This document shows, piece after piece, positions 9,413 through 17,879 of a DNA stretch of 64,000 nucleotides (positions are counted from its first letter, which is position 1; every line of letters begins with the position of its first letter). The notes under the pieces were generated by a model that saw only the letters and a program-made list of their open reading frames with translations, ran no database searches and was not told the origin of the DNA. Source of the DNA: an uncultured Bacteroidales bacterium (GTDB lineage Bacteria > Bacteroidota > Bacteroidia > Bacteroidales > UBA932); contig CAMJKI010000001.1 in assembly GCA_946406355.1 (NCBI GenBank), forward strand, positions 3,359 through 67,358, written 5' to 3'. Position numbers and translations under genes: made by a program.

Positions 9413-10332
9413 TCCCCCTTTCTTCCGGCCCAGATGACGCCTGCGAGGATGGCCGCACAGCCCACTGCGGCCAGAAGGGTCATGCGCTCTCCCAGGAAAA
9501 CCATGGCCGTGAGGAGGGTGAAAACCGGATTCAGGTACACGTAATTGACGGAAGTTACGTTACCCAGCTTGTCCATAACCAGATTCCAGGCAATGAAGCA
9601 GACCAGAGAGGCAATCAGGCCGAGGAACAGCAGGTTGGACCATACTTCCGTCTGTCCCAGGACGGCGGGAGAGAAGGATTCTCTTACCCCGCCCAGGAAG
9701 GGCAGAATGGTGAGCAGGCCGTAGAAAAACACCTTCCGGGTGGCGGTTACGGCGCCATAATCGTGCGTCATCTGACCCATGAAAAGGCTGTATACAGCCC
9801 AGCAGAGTGCGGCTCCTATAGCCAGCAGGTCCCCCGCGGCCGAGAGCTGCAGCCGCTGGCCGTCAAAAACCACCAGCGCCATGCCAGTAAGGGCCAGGAC
9901 AGTGCCGCCGATGAGCGGCCAGCCCAGGTGGATGTCTTCCAGGCCATCGGCAAATCGACCCTTCCCTAAACGCTTGAAAATGAGCGTGAAAATGGCGGTA
10001 AAAAGCGGCGCGGAGCAAACCAGGAACGCGACGTTGGTGGCCTGCGTGTATGCAAGCGCCGTATTTTCCGTGAGGAAGTAAAACGAACCGCCAGATATGC
10101 CCAAAAGCAGAAAAACCAGTTCCTCCTTCCAGCCGTACCAAAGTTTGCGGCTTTGCCCTGTGAGGCCGGTATACGCCCAGATGCCGACATAGGCCATCAC
10201 AAACCGGATGAAGAAAATGGCCACCGGATGCATTCCCGCGCCGATGAGCACTTTGGTGCACACGAACGTGACGCCCCACACGGCCACTACGGCCAGTGCC
10301 AGCAAGTGATATTTGAGACGGCTTTTACCCAT
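9409..10332 (-). CDS. DMT/EamA family transporter
   Basis: About 10 hydrophobic segments; WG.TF...K, GDLLA..AALCWAVYS, YLNPVFT. Confidence 0.9.
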   Translation of the reverse strand: MGKSRLKYHLLALAVVAVWGVTFVCTKVLIGAGMHPVAIFFIRFVMAYVGIWAYTGLTGQSRKLWYGWKEELVFLLLGISGGSFYFLTENTALAYTQATNVAFLVCSAPLFTAIFTLIFKRLGKGRFADGLEDIHLGWPLIGGTVLALTGMALVVFDGQRLQLSAAGDLLAIGAALCWAVYSLFMGQMTHDYGAVTATRKVFFYGLLTILPFLGGVRESFSPAVLGQTEVWSNLLFLGLIASLVCFIAWNLVMDKLGNVTSVNYVYLNPVFTLLTAMVFLGERMTLLAAVGCAAILAGVIWAGRKGD

Positions 10333-10342
10333 AATCAGGGAT

Positions 10343-10369
10343 CAAAGATACGAATAATTCTTATCTTTG
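10343..10369. promoter_or_regulatory. Back-to-back divergent -7 promoter elements
   Basis: CAAAGATA (TATCTTTG on minus, 10343-10350) and TATCTTTG (plus, 10362-10369). Confidence 0.65.
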
Positions 10370-10375
10370 TAGTCT

Positions 10376-10465
10376 ATGAGTTTGACAAAGAACAGGGAAC
10401 AGTTGGCCGGACACCTTGCGGTGGGCGGCGTCCTGCCGGCGAACAGGAGCCGGGCGCGGGAATAA
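10376..10465 (+). pseudogene. 29-aa ORF, probable internally deleted DMT-transporter remnant
   Basis: MSLTKNREQLAGHLAVGGVLPANRSRARE*, directly behind a -7 promoter; resembles a DMT N-terminus (..GHLAV) joined to a DMT C-terminus (GV...NRSRARE). Confidence 0.4.
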
Positions 10466-10479
10466 TAACTTAACGCATT

Positions 10480-10860
10480 ATGAGACAAGAACTTATCAAC
10501 CTTGCAAGCAGTTACCTTGAGGCAGGCAATGCCATTCACGACGCCATCCGGGACCTGGTGAAGGCTGCCGGCGGTTTTGTGAACACCACCAACAACCGCC
10601 AGGAGAAAGTGGATATGAAATGCCTGGTGTTTGACTCCAAGAAGGGCTATACCGAAACCTTCCCCATCCGCGCCCTCCGGGTGAACGACAAGGACGAGGT
10701 GGAAGTGTGCGTGGGCAACTTCGGTACCATCTACACGGACAAATTCCTCCGCGGCAAAGCCTCCGAAGACCACTGGAAGCCCCTCAAAGGCTCCCAGATC
10801 CTCTTCTACCAGACCATCCTCTCCATTGCCAAGACTATTGATGACTATTTGACGGAATAA
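10480..10860 (+). CDS. Hypothetical protein (126 aa)
   Basis: Clean ORF with host-like codon usage and AT-rich leader; no recognised motif. Confidence 0.75.
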   Translation: MRQELINLASSYLEAGNAIHDAIRDLVKAAGGFVNTTNNRQEKVDMKCLVFDSKKGYTETFPIRALRVNDKDEVEVCVGNFGTIYTDKFLRGKASEDHWKPLKGSQILFYQTILSIAKTIDDYLTE

Positions 10861-10865
10861 AAGGT

Positions 10866-11306
10866 ATGGAACTGCAGATCAAGACCTTCCGGGAACTCAC
10901 GACGGAGGAGCTCTACGAGATTCTCCGCACGCGCGAAGCCGTTTTCATCGTGGAGCAGAACTGCCCCTATCCCGAAGCCGACGGAAAGGATTATGATGCC
11001 GTGCATCTGTTCTACCGGGACGATGAGGGGCACGTGCTGGCCTATCTGCGCCTGTATCATAAAAAGGATGAACCCGGCACCGTCCAGGTGGGAAGGGTGG
11101 TCACATCGGCCGCCGCCCGCGGCACCGGCCTTGGCGGAAAGATCCTTCACGAGGGCGTCCTCTACGCCCTGGAAACTATGCACGCCGAACGCCTTTACCT
11201 GGAGGCCCAGACCTACGCCATCGGCTTCTACCAGAAAGAAGGTTTCACCGTCACTTCCGCCGAATTCCTGGAGGACGGCATCCCGCACGTCCAGATGAGG
11301 CGGTAG
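10866..11306 (+). CDS. GNAT N-acetyltransferase, ElaA-like
   Basis: ELYEILR.RE.VFIVEQNCPY.E.DGKD, GRVVT...ARG.GLG, AQ.YA.GFY, EFLEDGIPH..M. Confidence 0.92.
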   Translation: MELQIKTFRELTTEELYEILRTREAVFIVEQNCPYPEADGKDYDAVHLFYRDDEGHVLAYLRLYHKKDEPGTVQVGRVVTSAAARGTGLGGKILHEGVLYALETMHAERLYLEAQTYAIGFYQKEGFTVTSAEFLEDGIPHVQMRR

Positions 11307-11335
11307 CGCCTATCCTCTTAACCTCCAATCCCTCG

Positions 11336-11401
11336 AAAAACGCCAAAAACGTCGGCGCAGAAGTTCACGCAGACTTCGGCGCCGACAAAAAACGCCAAAA
11401 A
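11336..11401. repeat. 36-bp hairpin flanked by 14-bp direct repeats
   Basis: AAAAACGCCAAAAA at 11336-11349 and 11388-11401 around GTCGGCGC-A-GAAGT...ACTTC-G-GCGCCGAC (11351-11386). Confidence 0.75.
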
Positions 11402-11414
11402 TGCGGGCGTAGCG

Positions 11415-11587
11415 GTTTTTCATGGCCTATGCCCTTCGGGCCGGTACGTGTGGGGGCCAAACAAGTCCCCTCCCGAGGAGGGGATTTAGAGGAGGGGTAA
11501 CGTAAATCACTTCTGGGCACGAAGTGCCCTCCCATTCACGAAGACATGGGCGTCTACGCCGCCCGAAGGGCATAGGCCATGAAAAAC
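11415..11587. mobile_element. MITE/REP-like non-coding element with perfect 27-bp terminal inverted repeats
   Basis: GTTTTTCATGGCCTATGCCCTTCGGGC (11415-11441) and its exact reverse complement (11561-11587); internal hairpins CCCCTCC-CGA-GGAGGGG and GGGCAC-GAA-GTGCCC. Confidence 0.6.
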
Positions 11588-11755
11588 AGGAGTAGAACCT
11601 CTCAGGCAGGGACGGAACCTACATCGTAAAAAAAGGTTGAACGTTTCAACCGAGAACTATTCCCAATATTAGCAATCGTGGAAAGTGGGCTATAGGTATA
11701 TATGAAGCATGGTACAATAAAGGGGCACCAGTCTTTGAGATGGGTATCTGCATTT

Positions 11756-11923
11756 CTACAGATACTTGGACAGACGATCAACAAACTCTTCGTGAGTTAT
11801 ATAGCCTTGCTTCCGTAAAGATTCCCTCATATGAGGCATGGGTTCGAAAACAATCTCACTGGCCTTTACTTTTCGTCCATATTCTGCACCGGGCTCTTCC
11901 AAAATATGATCTTTGTCGTCCAT
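11756..11923 (-). CDS. Small hypothetical protein (55 aa), antitoxin-like
   Basis: MDDKDHILEEPGAEYGRKVKASEIVFEPMPHMRESLRKQGYITHEEFVDRLSKYL*; TATATTTG -7 box at 11941-11948 (minus) just upstream; shorter than any ORF in the supplied track. Confidence 0.55.
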   Translation of the reverse strand: MDDKDHILEEPGAEYGRKVKASEIVFEPMPHMRESLRKQGYITHEEFVDRLSKYL

Positions 11924-12016
11924 TCTTTTGTCCTTTACGGCAAATATACATAAAAACGGCCATTAACAAAGCAGAAACGCCTTTTTCAGTACTGTATTAC
12001 AGCTATTGATACGGGT

Positions 12017-12047
12017 AAAAAAACAGGAGGCCGAATGACCTCCTGTT
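12017..12047 (-). terminator. Intrinsic terminator of the lipoprotein gene
   Basis: AACAGGAGG/CCTCCTGTT stem with a T-run on the minus strand. Confidence 0.7.
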
Positions 12048-12076
12048 AGCTTTGCCCCAAGACTACGTGGCGGATG

Positions 12077-12400
12077 TTACTGCTTGTAATAGCTTCGGCC
12101 GGCAAGGCGAAGGGTGCGGCCGGTGACTTCCCCATATTCGAAGATTCCGGAATAATATAGTATGTTCCCCTTGACTTTTCCGGAATCATACTTGGCGTCA
12201 TTGCCGTAGTAGTAGCCGGGCGCACCGAACTGTGTCTTCATGGTCCACTTATCTCCGGAAATGGTTACCACAGAGCGGCTTATACCGTCCTGATACACGT
12301 AGGTGCCATCTATACTCTCGTTCTTGTTGGAGGAGCGGGAACCGCAGGAGGCACACACGGCAACCAAAACAGTGAGCATTAACAGTATTAACCTTTTCAT
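12077..12400 (-). CDS. Hypothetical lipoprotein (107 aa)
   Basis: Lipoprotein-type signal MKRLILLMLTVLVAVCASC; beta-rich mature part. Confidence 0.75.
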   Translation of the reverse strand: MKRLILLMLTVLVAVCASCGSRSSNKNESIDGTYVYQDGISRSVVTISGDKWTMKTQFGAPGYYYGNDAKYDSGKVKGNILYYSGIFEYGEVTGRTLRLAGRSYYKQ

Positions 12401-12569
12401 AGCAACTCCTTTTTGAATCCAGAAAACACCGGGACCATTTGTTTTACAATAATAGGAATTAGTTTTGATTCTGTCAATCCCATGCAGGTCTATTCGACAC
12501 CTGCATCAACAATTTATAGCGAATATTTCCAAAAATGATTATATTTGTGTGTTACAACCACATTGCACT

Positions 12570-13454
12570 ATGAGAATCCCAGAATCTGAACTCATTATCA
12601 ACGGCGACGGCTCGGTGTTCCATATCCACCTGAAGCCGGAAGAACTGGCCGATAATGTTATCATGGTGGGAGACCCCTCCCGCGTAGATATGATTGGCGA
12701 ATACCTCACGGACATCGAGTTCCGGCACGAATCCCGCGAATTCGTCTCCATCACCGGCAAGCGCAACGGAAAGCGCATCACGGCCCTGTCCCACGGCATC
12801 GGTCCAGACAATATCGACATTGTGATGACGGAGCTGGACGCCCTGGCCAACGTGGACTTCAATACCCGCGAGGTAAAACCCGTGCACAAGGCCCTGAATA
12901 TCCTCCGTATCGGCACTTCCGGCGCCCTGCACGCCGATATTCCCCTGGGAAGCTACGTGCTGGCCCACATCAGCGTGGGCTTTGACGGTGTGATGAACTG
13001 GTACGGCAACCGCAGCAAAGTTACCATCCCCCGCGTGGAATCCTCCTTCAAGAAGCATATGGGCTGGCTGGACGTGCTGCCCTCCCCTTACTTCGTGAAG
13101 GCCTCCCCCAAGATCATCAACCTGATGAAAGACGTAACCATAAAAGGCGTAACCATCTCGGCCAACGGCTTCTACGGTCCCCAGGGCCGGGTTGTGCGCG
13201 TGCCGCTGGCCATGCCCCATATGCTGGAGGACATCGAGAGCTTCCGCTTCACTTCCGGCGGGGAGAAGTACCGCATTACCAACTTCGAGATGGAGAGCTC
13301 TCCCCTGGCCGGCCTGGCCGCCCACCTGGGCCACAACGCCTCCACGGTCTGCTGCATCATAGCCAACCGCTATCTCAAGAGCTCCAACCCGGACTACAAG
13401 CCTGCCATCCGCAAGCTTGTAGAACTGTGCGTGGACCGGATGAGCACCCTTTAA
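12570..13454 (+). CDS. udp: Nucleoside (uridine) phosphorylase, PNP/UDP family
   Basis: ELIINGDGSVFHIHLKPE, VGDPSRV, GIGPDNIDIV, RIGTSG, GFYGPQGR, NFEMESS. Confidence 0.88.
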   Translation: MRIPESELIINGDGSVFHIHLKPEELADNVIMVGDPSRVDMIGEYLTDIEFRHESREFVSITGKRNGKRITALSHGIGPDNIDIVMTELDALANVDFNTREVKPVHKALNILRIGTSGALHADIPLGSYVLAHISVGFDGVMNWYGNRSKVTIPRVESSFKKHMGWLDVLPSPYFVKASPKIINLMKDVTIKGVTISANGFYGPQGRVVRVPLAMPHMLEDIESFRFTSGGEKYRITNFEMESSPLAGLAAHLGHNASTVCCIIANRYLKSSNPDYKPAIRKLVELCVDRMSTL

Positions 13455-14977
13455 TCGATCTTAAACTCCTCTATCTCTTTTACGAGTTTCCCGATGATGG
13501 ACATCTTCACGTCGTACAAGGCGTCGGAGATGTCCACTTTGTAATAGTGGGGGTTGATGAGACGACGCTCGGCCGGGGAGAAGTGATGGAGGTTGTCCTT
13601 GTAGAAGGCCTTCTTCATCTGCAGGGAGTAATAAGGGGCTATGCGCTTTCCCGCCTTCACGGACTGCAGCTGGAGCGGACGGGCCTCGTACTGGCCCTCC
13701 TCGAAGGTCTTGATCTTGAAGGAATCGTATTCGTCGCGGACGGTGAAGGTCTTCCCCTGCTGGATGGCCAGGTCCATGGCGTCGCCCCGCAGGCAGGTTA
13801 CATCGGCCTTGAATACGTAGCCGTCCAGGGAATTGCCCTTCTCTTTGTCCTGGGCCGATATGCGCCAGGTGATCTGGAAGCCCGGATTGATGAGCTTGAT
13901 CTTGTCTTCCGAACGCTTGAGCACGGGCTCGTCATCCACCTGCACCAGCTTGTACACGTTGCCGAAGCAGGGAGCCGCCTTGGAAGTGGCGATGGCGTCT
14001 CCCACGCCGTAGCTGTCGATGCGGGCGCCCTGGCGCTCCAGGTCCGTGATCAGGTATTCGTCCAGGCCGTTGGTGGCGAAAATCTTGCATTTGAAGCAGC
14101 CGTGCTCGTCCAGGATGCGGCGCACTTCCTGCGACAGATACGCAAGGTCTCCGCTGTCCAGCCGGATGCCGTATCCGGGCGCGTAATTATCATCGATGCC
14201 GTTCTCCCGGAAGCTCCGGATGGCATTCTTGACCCCGCACTTGAGCGTATCGTAGGTGTCGATGAGCAGGATGATATTCTCTCCCCGGTGGGTCTTGATA
14301 TAGTCGCAGAAAGCCTGGTGCTCCCCTTCCACGGTGCTGCCGTAGGAGGTGACGAAACTGTGGGCCATCGTCCCGGTGGAAGGCACGTTGTTGAAGGCGC
14401 CGGTGAGGATGTTGGAGGAACTGGCGCAGCCGGCAATCTGGGCCGCCTTGCCGCCATAGACCGCCGCCCAGGGACCGTGGGCCCGGCGGGAACCGAACTC
14501 CGAAACCGGCTTGTCCGTAGAGCGGCACACGCGGGAGGCCTTGGTGGCCACCGCCATCTGATGGTTCAGGATGCAGAGCATAGGGGTTTCCAGCACCTGG
14601 GCCTGGATCATCGGCCCCACCACAATTACCACCGGCTGGTTGGGGAAAGCAATCTCCCCTTCCCGCATAGTGTATAAATCGCCCGTGAACTTCATGGTGC
14701 TCAGGTACTTCCGGAATTCCTTATACTCCTCTCCGGGAAGGAATCTCTCGTAAAACTCTTCCGGCTCCGTACCCAGCCGCTGCACCATTTCAATCACTTC
14801 CTCCGTGCCGCATACCACTGCCCAGTTGTTATTTTCCGGAGCCTTGCGGTAAAAGAGGTTGAACACGGCTATCTGGTCTTGCTTTCCGCAGTCCAGATAC
14901 GACTTTCCCATGGTGTACTGGTACTTGTCCGAGACGTAGGCGGTATTAATGATATCCATAACAGCATATTGATTCAT
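13451..14977 (-). CDS. pncB: Nicotinate phosphoribosyltransferase
   Basis: SDKYQYTM, EFGSRRAHG, GTMAHS, LIDTYD, IRLDSGDL, GVGD, VYKLV. Confidence 0.93.
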   Translation of the reverse strand: MNQYAVMDIINTAYVSDKYQYTMGKSYLDCGKQDQIAVFNLFYRKAPENNNWAVVCGTEEVIEMVQRLGTEPEEFYERFLPGEEYKEFRKYLSTMKFTGDLYTMREGEIAFPNQPVVIVVGPMIQAQVLETPMLCILNHQMAVATKASRVCRSTDKPVSEFGSRRAHGPWAAVYGGKAAQIAGCASSSNILTGAFNNVPSTGTMAHSFVTSYGSTVEGEHQAFCDYIKTHRGENIILLIDTYDTLKCGVKNAIRSFRENGIDDNYAPGYGIRLDSGDLAYLSQEVRRILDEHGCFKCKIFATNGLDEYLITDLERQGARIDSYGVGDAIATSKAAPCFGNVYKLVQVDDEPVLKRSEDKIKLINPGFQITWRISAQDKEKGNSLDGYVFKADVTCLRGDAMDLAIQQGKTFTVRDEYDSFKIKTFEEGQYEARPLQLQSVKAGKRIAPYYSLQMKKAFYKDNLHHFSPAERRLINPHYYKVDISDALYDVKMSIIGKLVKEIEEFKID

Positions 14978-15041
14978 ACAAAGATAACGATTTTTCCGGG
15001 AATTTGGCTTATCTTTGTGCGCTCAATTGCCGTCTCCTGTT

Positions 15042-17879
15042 TTGGCAAGCCAAACCCCTCATATTCCGCGCCTTCTGGTACGCTATAGGCTGCTGCTGTT
15101 TCTCCTGATGACGGCAGCCGCCGTTGTCAGCGTCTTCCTGATTCCGCACATCAACATCAATTCCAATATGGTGGTGTACCTTCCGGACAGTTCCCCCATG
15201 AAACAGGGGCTGGATATACTGGAAGCCCAACTGCCGGACATCCAGGAACAGATGCAGGAATTCGGAAGCGTGTTTGCCGACGGCAACGACCTCATGCCCA
15301 AGGGCCTTCCCCGCACCCTGGCCATCGGCGTGGGCCTGCTGTTTCTGGTGCTGCTGGTAATGAGCGCCTCGGTGGCCGAGGTAGCGCTGTTCCTGGTCAC
15401 AGTAGGCTTTGCCGTTGTCATCAACATGGGCACCAACGCCCTGCTGCCCAGCGTTTCCATGCTCACCAACACCCTTTCCTCGGTGCTGCAGATGGTCCTT
15501 TCCATGGACTACTCCATTATCCTGATGAACCGCTACCGGCAGGAAAAGCAGAAGGGAGAATTGCCCGTATCGGCCATGGAAACGGCCGTGGACGGCGCAG
15601 CGTCGTCCATCCTGAGCAGCGCTTTCACCACCATCGTGAGCCTGCTGATGCTGTGCTTCATCAAGATGAAGATTGGGGCCGACCTGGGCATTGTGCTGGC
15701 CAAAGGCGTCACCCTCTCGCTCATTTGCAACTTCACCGTGCTGCCCACGCTCATTATCTGGGCCGATAAGGTAATCGACGCCACCCGCAAGAAAATCCCT
15801 GTGCTGCCATCGGCCCGCCTGGCCGCTTTCCAGCATCGGTTCCGCATCCCCATCGCCATCCTTTTCCTGGGCGTTTTCGTGAGTTTCACCCTGCTGCAAC
15901 GCCGCACCCAGATGTGTTTTGCCCCGCAGTGGGAAAGCAAAGTCTCCGACGAAAGCACCGGCGAAAATGCGCTGATGCTACTGTACAATAATGCCGATGA
16001 AATGGCCGTTCCGCGCCTGTTGGAGCAGATTGGAACCGACTCCCTGGTGCATCGCTGCGCCAGCTACCCCTCGCTGGTGCTGCAGCCGCGCACCATTGAT
16101 GAACTGCGGCCCCTGGCCGAAGGCTTGTCCGAAGATACGGCGCCGGAACTGCCGGAAGACCTGCTCCGGCTGGTCTATTACGCCCAGTCGCATCCCCAAC
16201 GCACCGAAGAACTCAGCTTCACGGAGTTGCAAAGCCTTGCGGCAGACCTGTCGGCCCGGGGTATGATTCCGGAGGGACGTTTTAACCCGGAGCAGTTGAT
16301 GGAGAGCCTGCTTCCCAAGGCCCCCCAACCCGCCCCAAAACCTAAACCTGCTGCCAAAGCGGAACCCGCCGTTATCCCCGACGTCGAAGCGGAACCCCAG
16401 CCCCTGGATACGCTTATAGAGGAAGCCACAGTTCCGCCGCCCATCATCGCCGACACTCTGGCCGTGGCCGATCCTTCTCCCGCAGCCCCGTTCACCTACG
16501 AACAGGCCACCAGGCCCCGCACAGCGGCGGAAATGGCCGCATTCACCGGACAGGAAAACGGACAGGTGAACACGATATACCGCCTGGCCGGAAAGCGGAG
16601 AGGGACCATGACCCCCAAGGAGTTCGTCACCTATATTAAGGAGAACATCCTTTCCAAGCGGATTTATGCCGCTCTCATACCCAAAGGCACGGCCCAGCAG
16701 ATTGCCGACTTTGAGGCAGCCCTGGACCAGGTAATAGCCGCCGGTCCGGAACCCATTCCGGAAGTAACAGAGACTGAAGCAGAGCCCGTGACGGAAGAGA
16801 CAGAGGCTGATGCCTCTCCGGTCGCTGAAGAAAATGCCGATGCTCCCTCCGAGGCACCAGCCTCCGCCATTGAGCCCGAACCCGAACCTGTCATTGAACC
16901 CGAACCGGAGCTCACGCCTCAGGAAGTCCTTATGGACATGGCGCTTAGCGGCAACCGCTATCCGGCCTCCCGGGTATTCGCCGTCCTTTCCGCCGCAGGT
17001 CTCCCGGTAACGCGGGAAGAAATTGACCTGCTGTACCTTTATGCCGGTGCACAGCAGGGATTTGACCCGGAAACGGCCATCGCGCCCGGCACCTTGCTGG
17101 ATTATGTGGCCGACACCCTCCTCACCAGTCCCGCCCTTGCCGGAATGGTACCGGACAGCGCACGCACAGCGGTACTGGAGGCACGGGAACAGCTGCTTTC
17201 GGGGGTTGGCATGCTCCACGGCCCCGACTACTCCGCCGCGGCCATCCTGAGCGGCTATGAGGCCGAATCGGACGCCACTTTCAACTTTGTCTCACGCGTT
17301 CGCGCCCTGGCCGACGAAGCGCTGCAGCAGCCGCATTACTGGATTGGGGAATCGCAGATGTACAAGGAACTGAAGGACGGATTCCCGCGGGAACTGCTGC
17401 TGCTCACCCTGCTTACGGTGCTGTCCATCTTCCTGATTGTGGCCCTTACCTTCCATTCCATCCTGGTTCCCATACCGCTGGTGATGACCATCATGACCGG
17501 CGTGTACGTAAACGTGTGGGCCAGCGGACTGGGCGGCAACTCCATGTATTATCTGGCTTATCTCATAGTCCAGGGCATCCTGATGGGCGCCACCATCGAC
17601 TATTCCATCCTCTTCACCTCCTATTATCTGCGGGCCAGGAAGGAAAATGACATAAAAGGAGCGCTGGAAGCCGCCTACCGCGGTTCGTCGCACTCCATTT
17701 TAACCTCGGGAATCATATTGTCACTGGTACCCGGTGTGATGTACTATACCATGCAGGACCCCATGATAGCCCTCATTCTGCGAAGCCTGGCCATCGGAGC
17801 CTTTGCGGTACTGCTGATTATCCTGTGCCTGCTGCCCGGCGTTCTGGCAGCACTGGATCCGGTGCTGAGAAAGCGCTAA
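15042..17879 (+). CDS. MMPL/RND family membrane transporter with a large Pro/Glu/Ala-rich extracytoplasmic insert (start codon uncertain)
   Basis: Two TM bundles with LSMDYSIIL and GATIDYSILF motifs. The track start at 15015 lies inside the TATCTTTG promoter (15010-15017), so the in-frame TTG at 15042 is preferred. Confidence 0.8.
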   Translation: MASQTPHIPRLLVRYRLLLFLLMTAAAVVSVFLIPHININSNMVVYLPDSSPMKQGLDILEAQLPDIQEQMQEFGSVFADGNDLMPKGLPRTLAIGVGLLFLVLLVMSASVAEVALFLVTVGFAVVINMGTNALLPSVSMLTNTLSSVLQMVLSMDYSIILMNRYRQEKQKGELPVSAMETAVDGAASSILSSAFTTIVSLLMLCFIKMKIGADLGIVLAKGVTLSLICNFTVLPTLIIWADKVIDATRKKIPVLPSARLAAFQHRFRIPIAILFLGVFVSFTLLQRRTQMCFAPQWESKVSDESTGENALMLLYNNADEMAVPRLLEQIGTDSLVHRCASYPSLVLQPRTIDELRPLAEGLSEDTAPELPEDLLRLVYYAQSHPQRTEELSFTELQSLAADLSARGMIPEGRFNPEQLMESLLPKAPQPAPKPKPAAKAEPAVIPDVEAEPQPLDTLIEEATVPPPIIADTLAVADPSPAAPFTYEQATRPRTAAEMAAFTGQENGQVNTIYRLAGKRRGTMTPKEFVTYIKENILSKRIYAALIPKGTAQQIADFEAALDQVIAAGPEPIPEVTETEAEPVTEETEADASPVAEENADAPSEAPASAIEPEPEPVIEPEPELTPQEVLMDMALSGNRYPASRVFAVLSAAGLPVTREEIDLLYLYAGAQQGFDPETAIAPGTLLDYVADTLLTSPALAGMVPDSARTAVLEAREQLLSGVGMLHGPDYSAAAILSGYEAESDATFNFVSRVRALADEALQQPHYWIGESQMYKELKDGFPRELLLLTLLTVLSIFLIVALTFHSILVPIPLVMTIMTGVYVNVWASGLGGNSMYYLAYLIVQGILMGATIDYSILFTSYYLRARKENDIKGALEAAYRGSSHSILTSGIILSLVPGVMYYTMQDPMIALILRSLAIGAFAVLLIILCLLPGVLAALDPVLRKR

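Noticed and set aside
7312-11401. CRISPR-like repeat-spacer patterns at 7312-7420 and 11336-11401
   Set aside because: Only two short repeats each (14-16 bp), the spacers are themselves palindromic arms, and there are no cas genes.
11740-12009. 89-aa plus-strand ORF in the AT-rich patch
   Set aside because: The opposite-strand 55-aa ORF has a canonical promoter and a more protein-like sequence; this one has neither.
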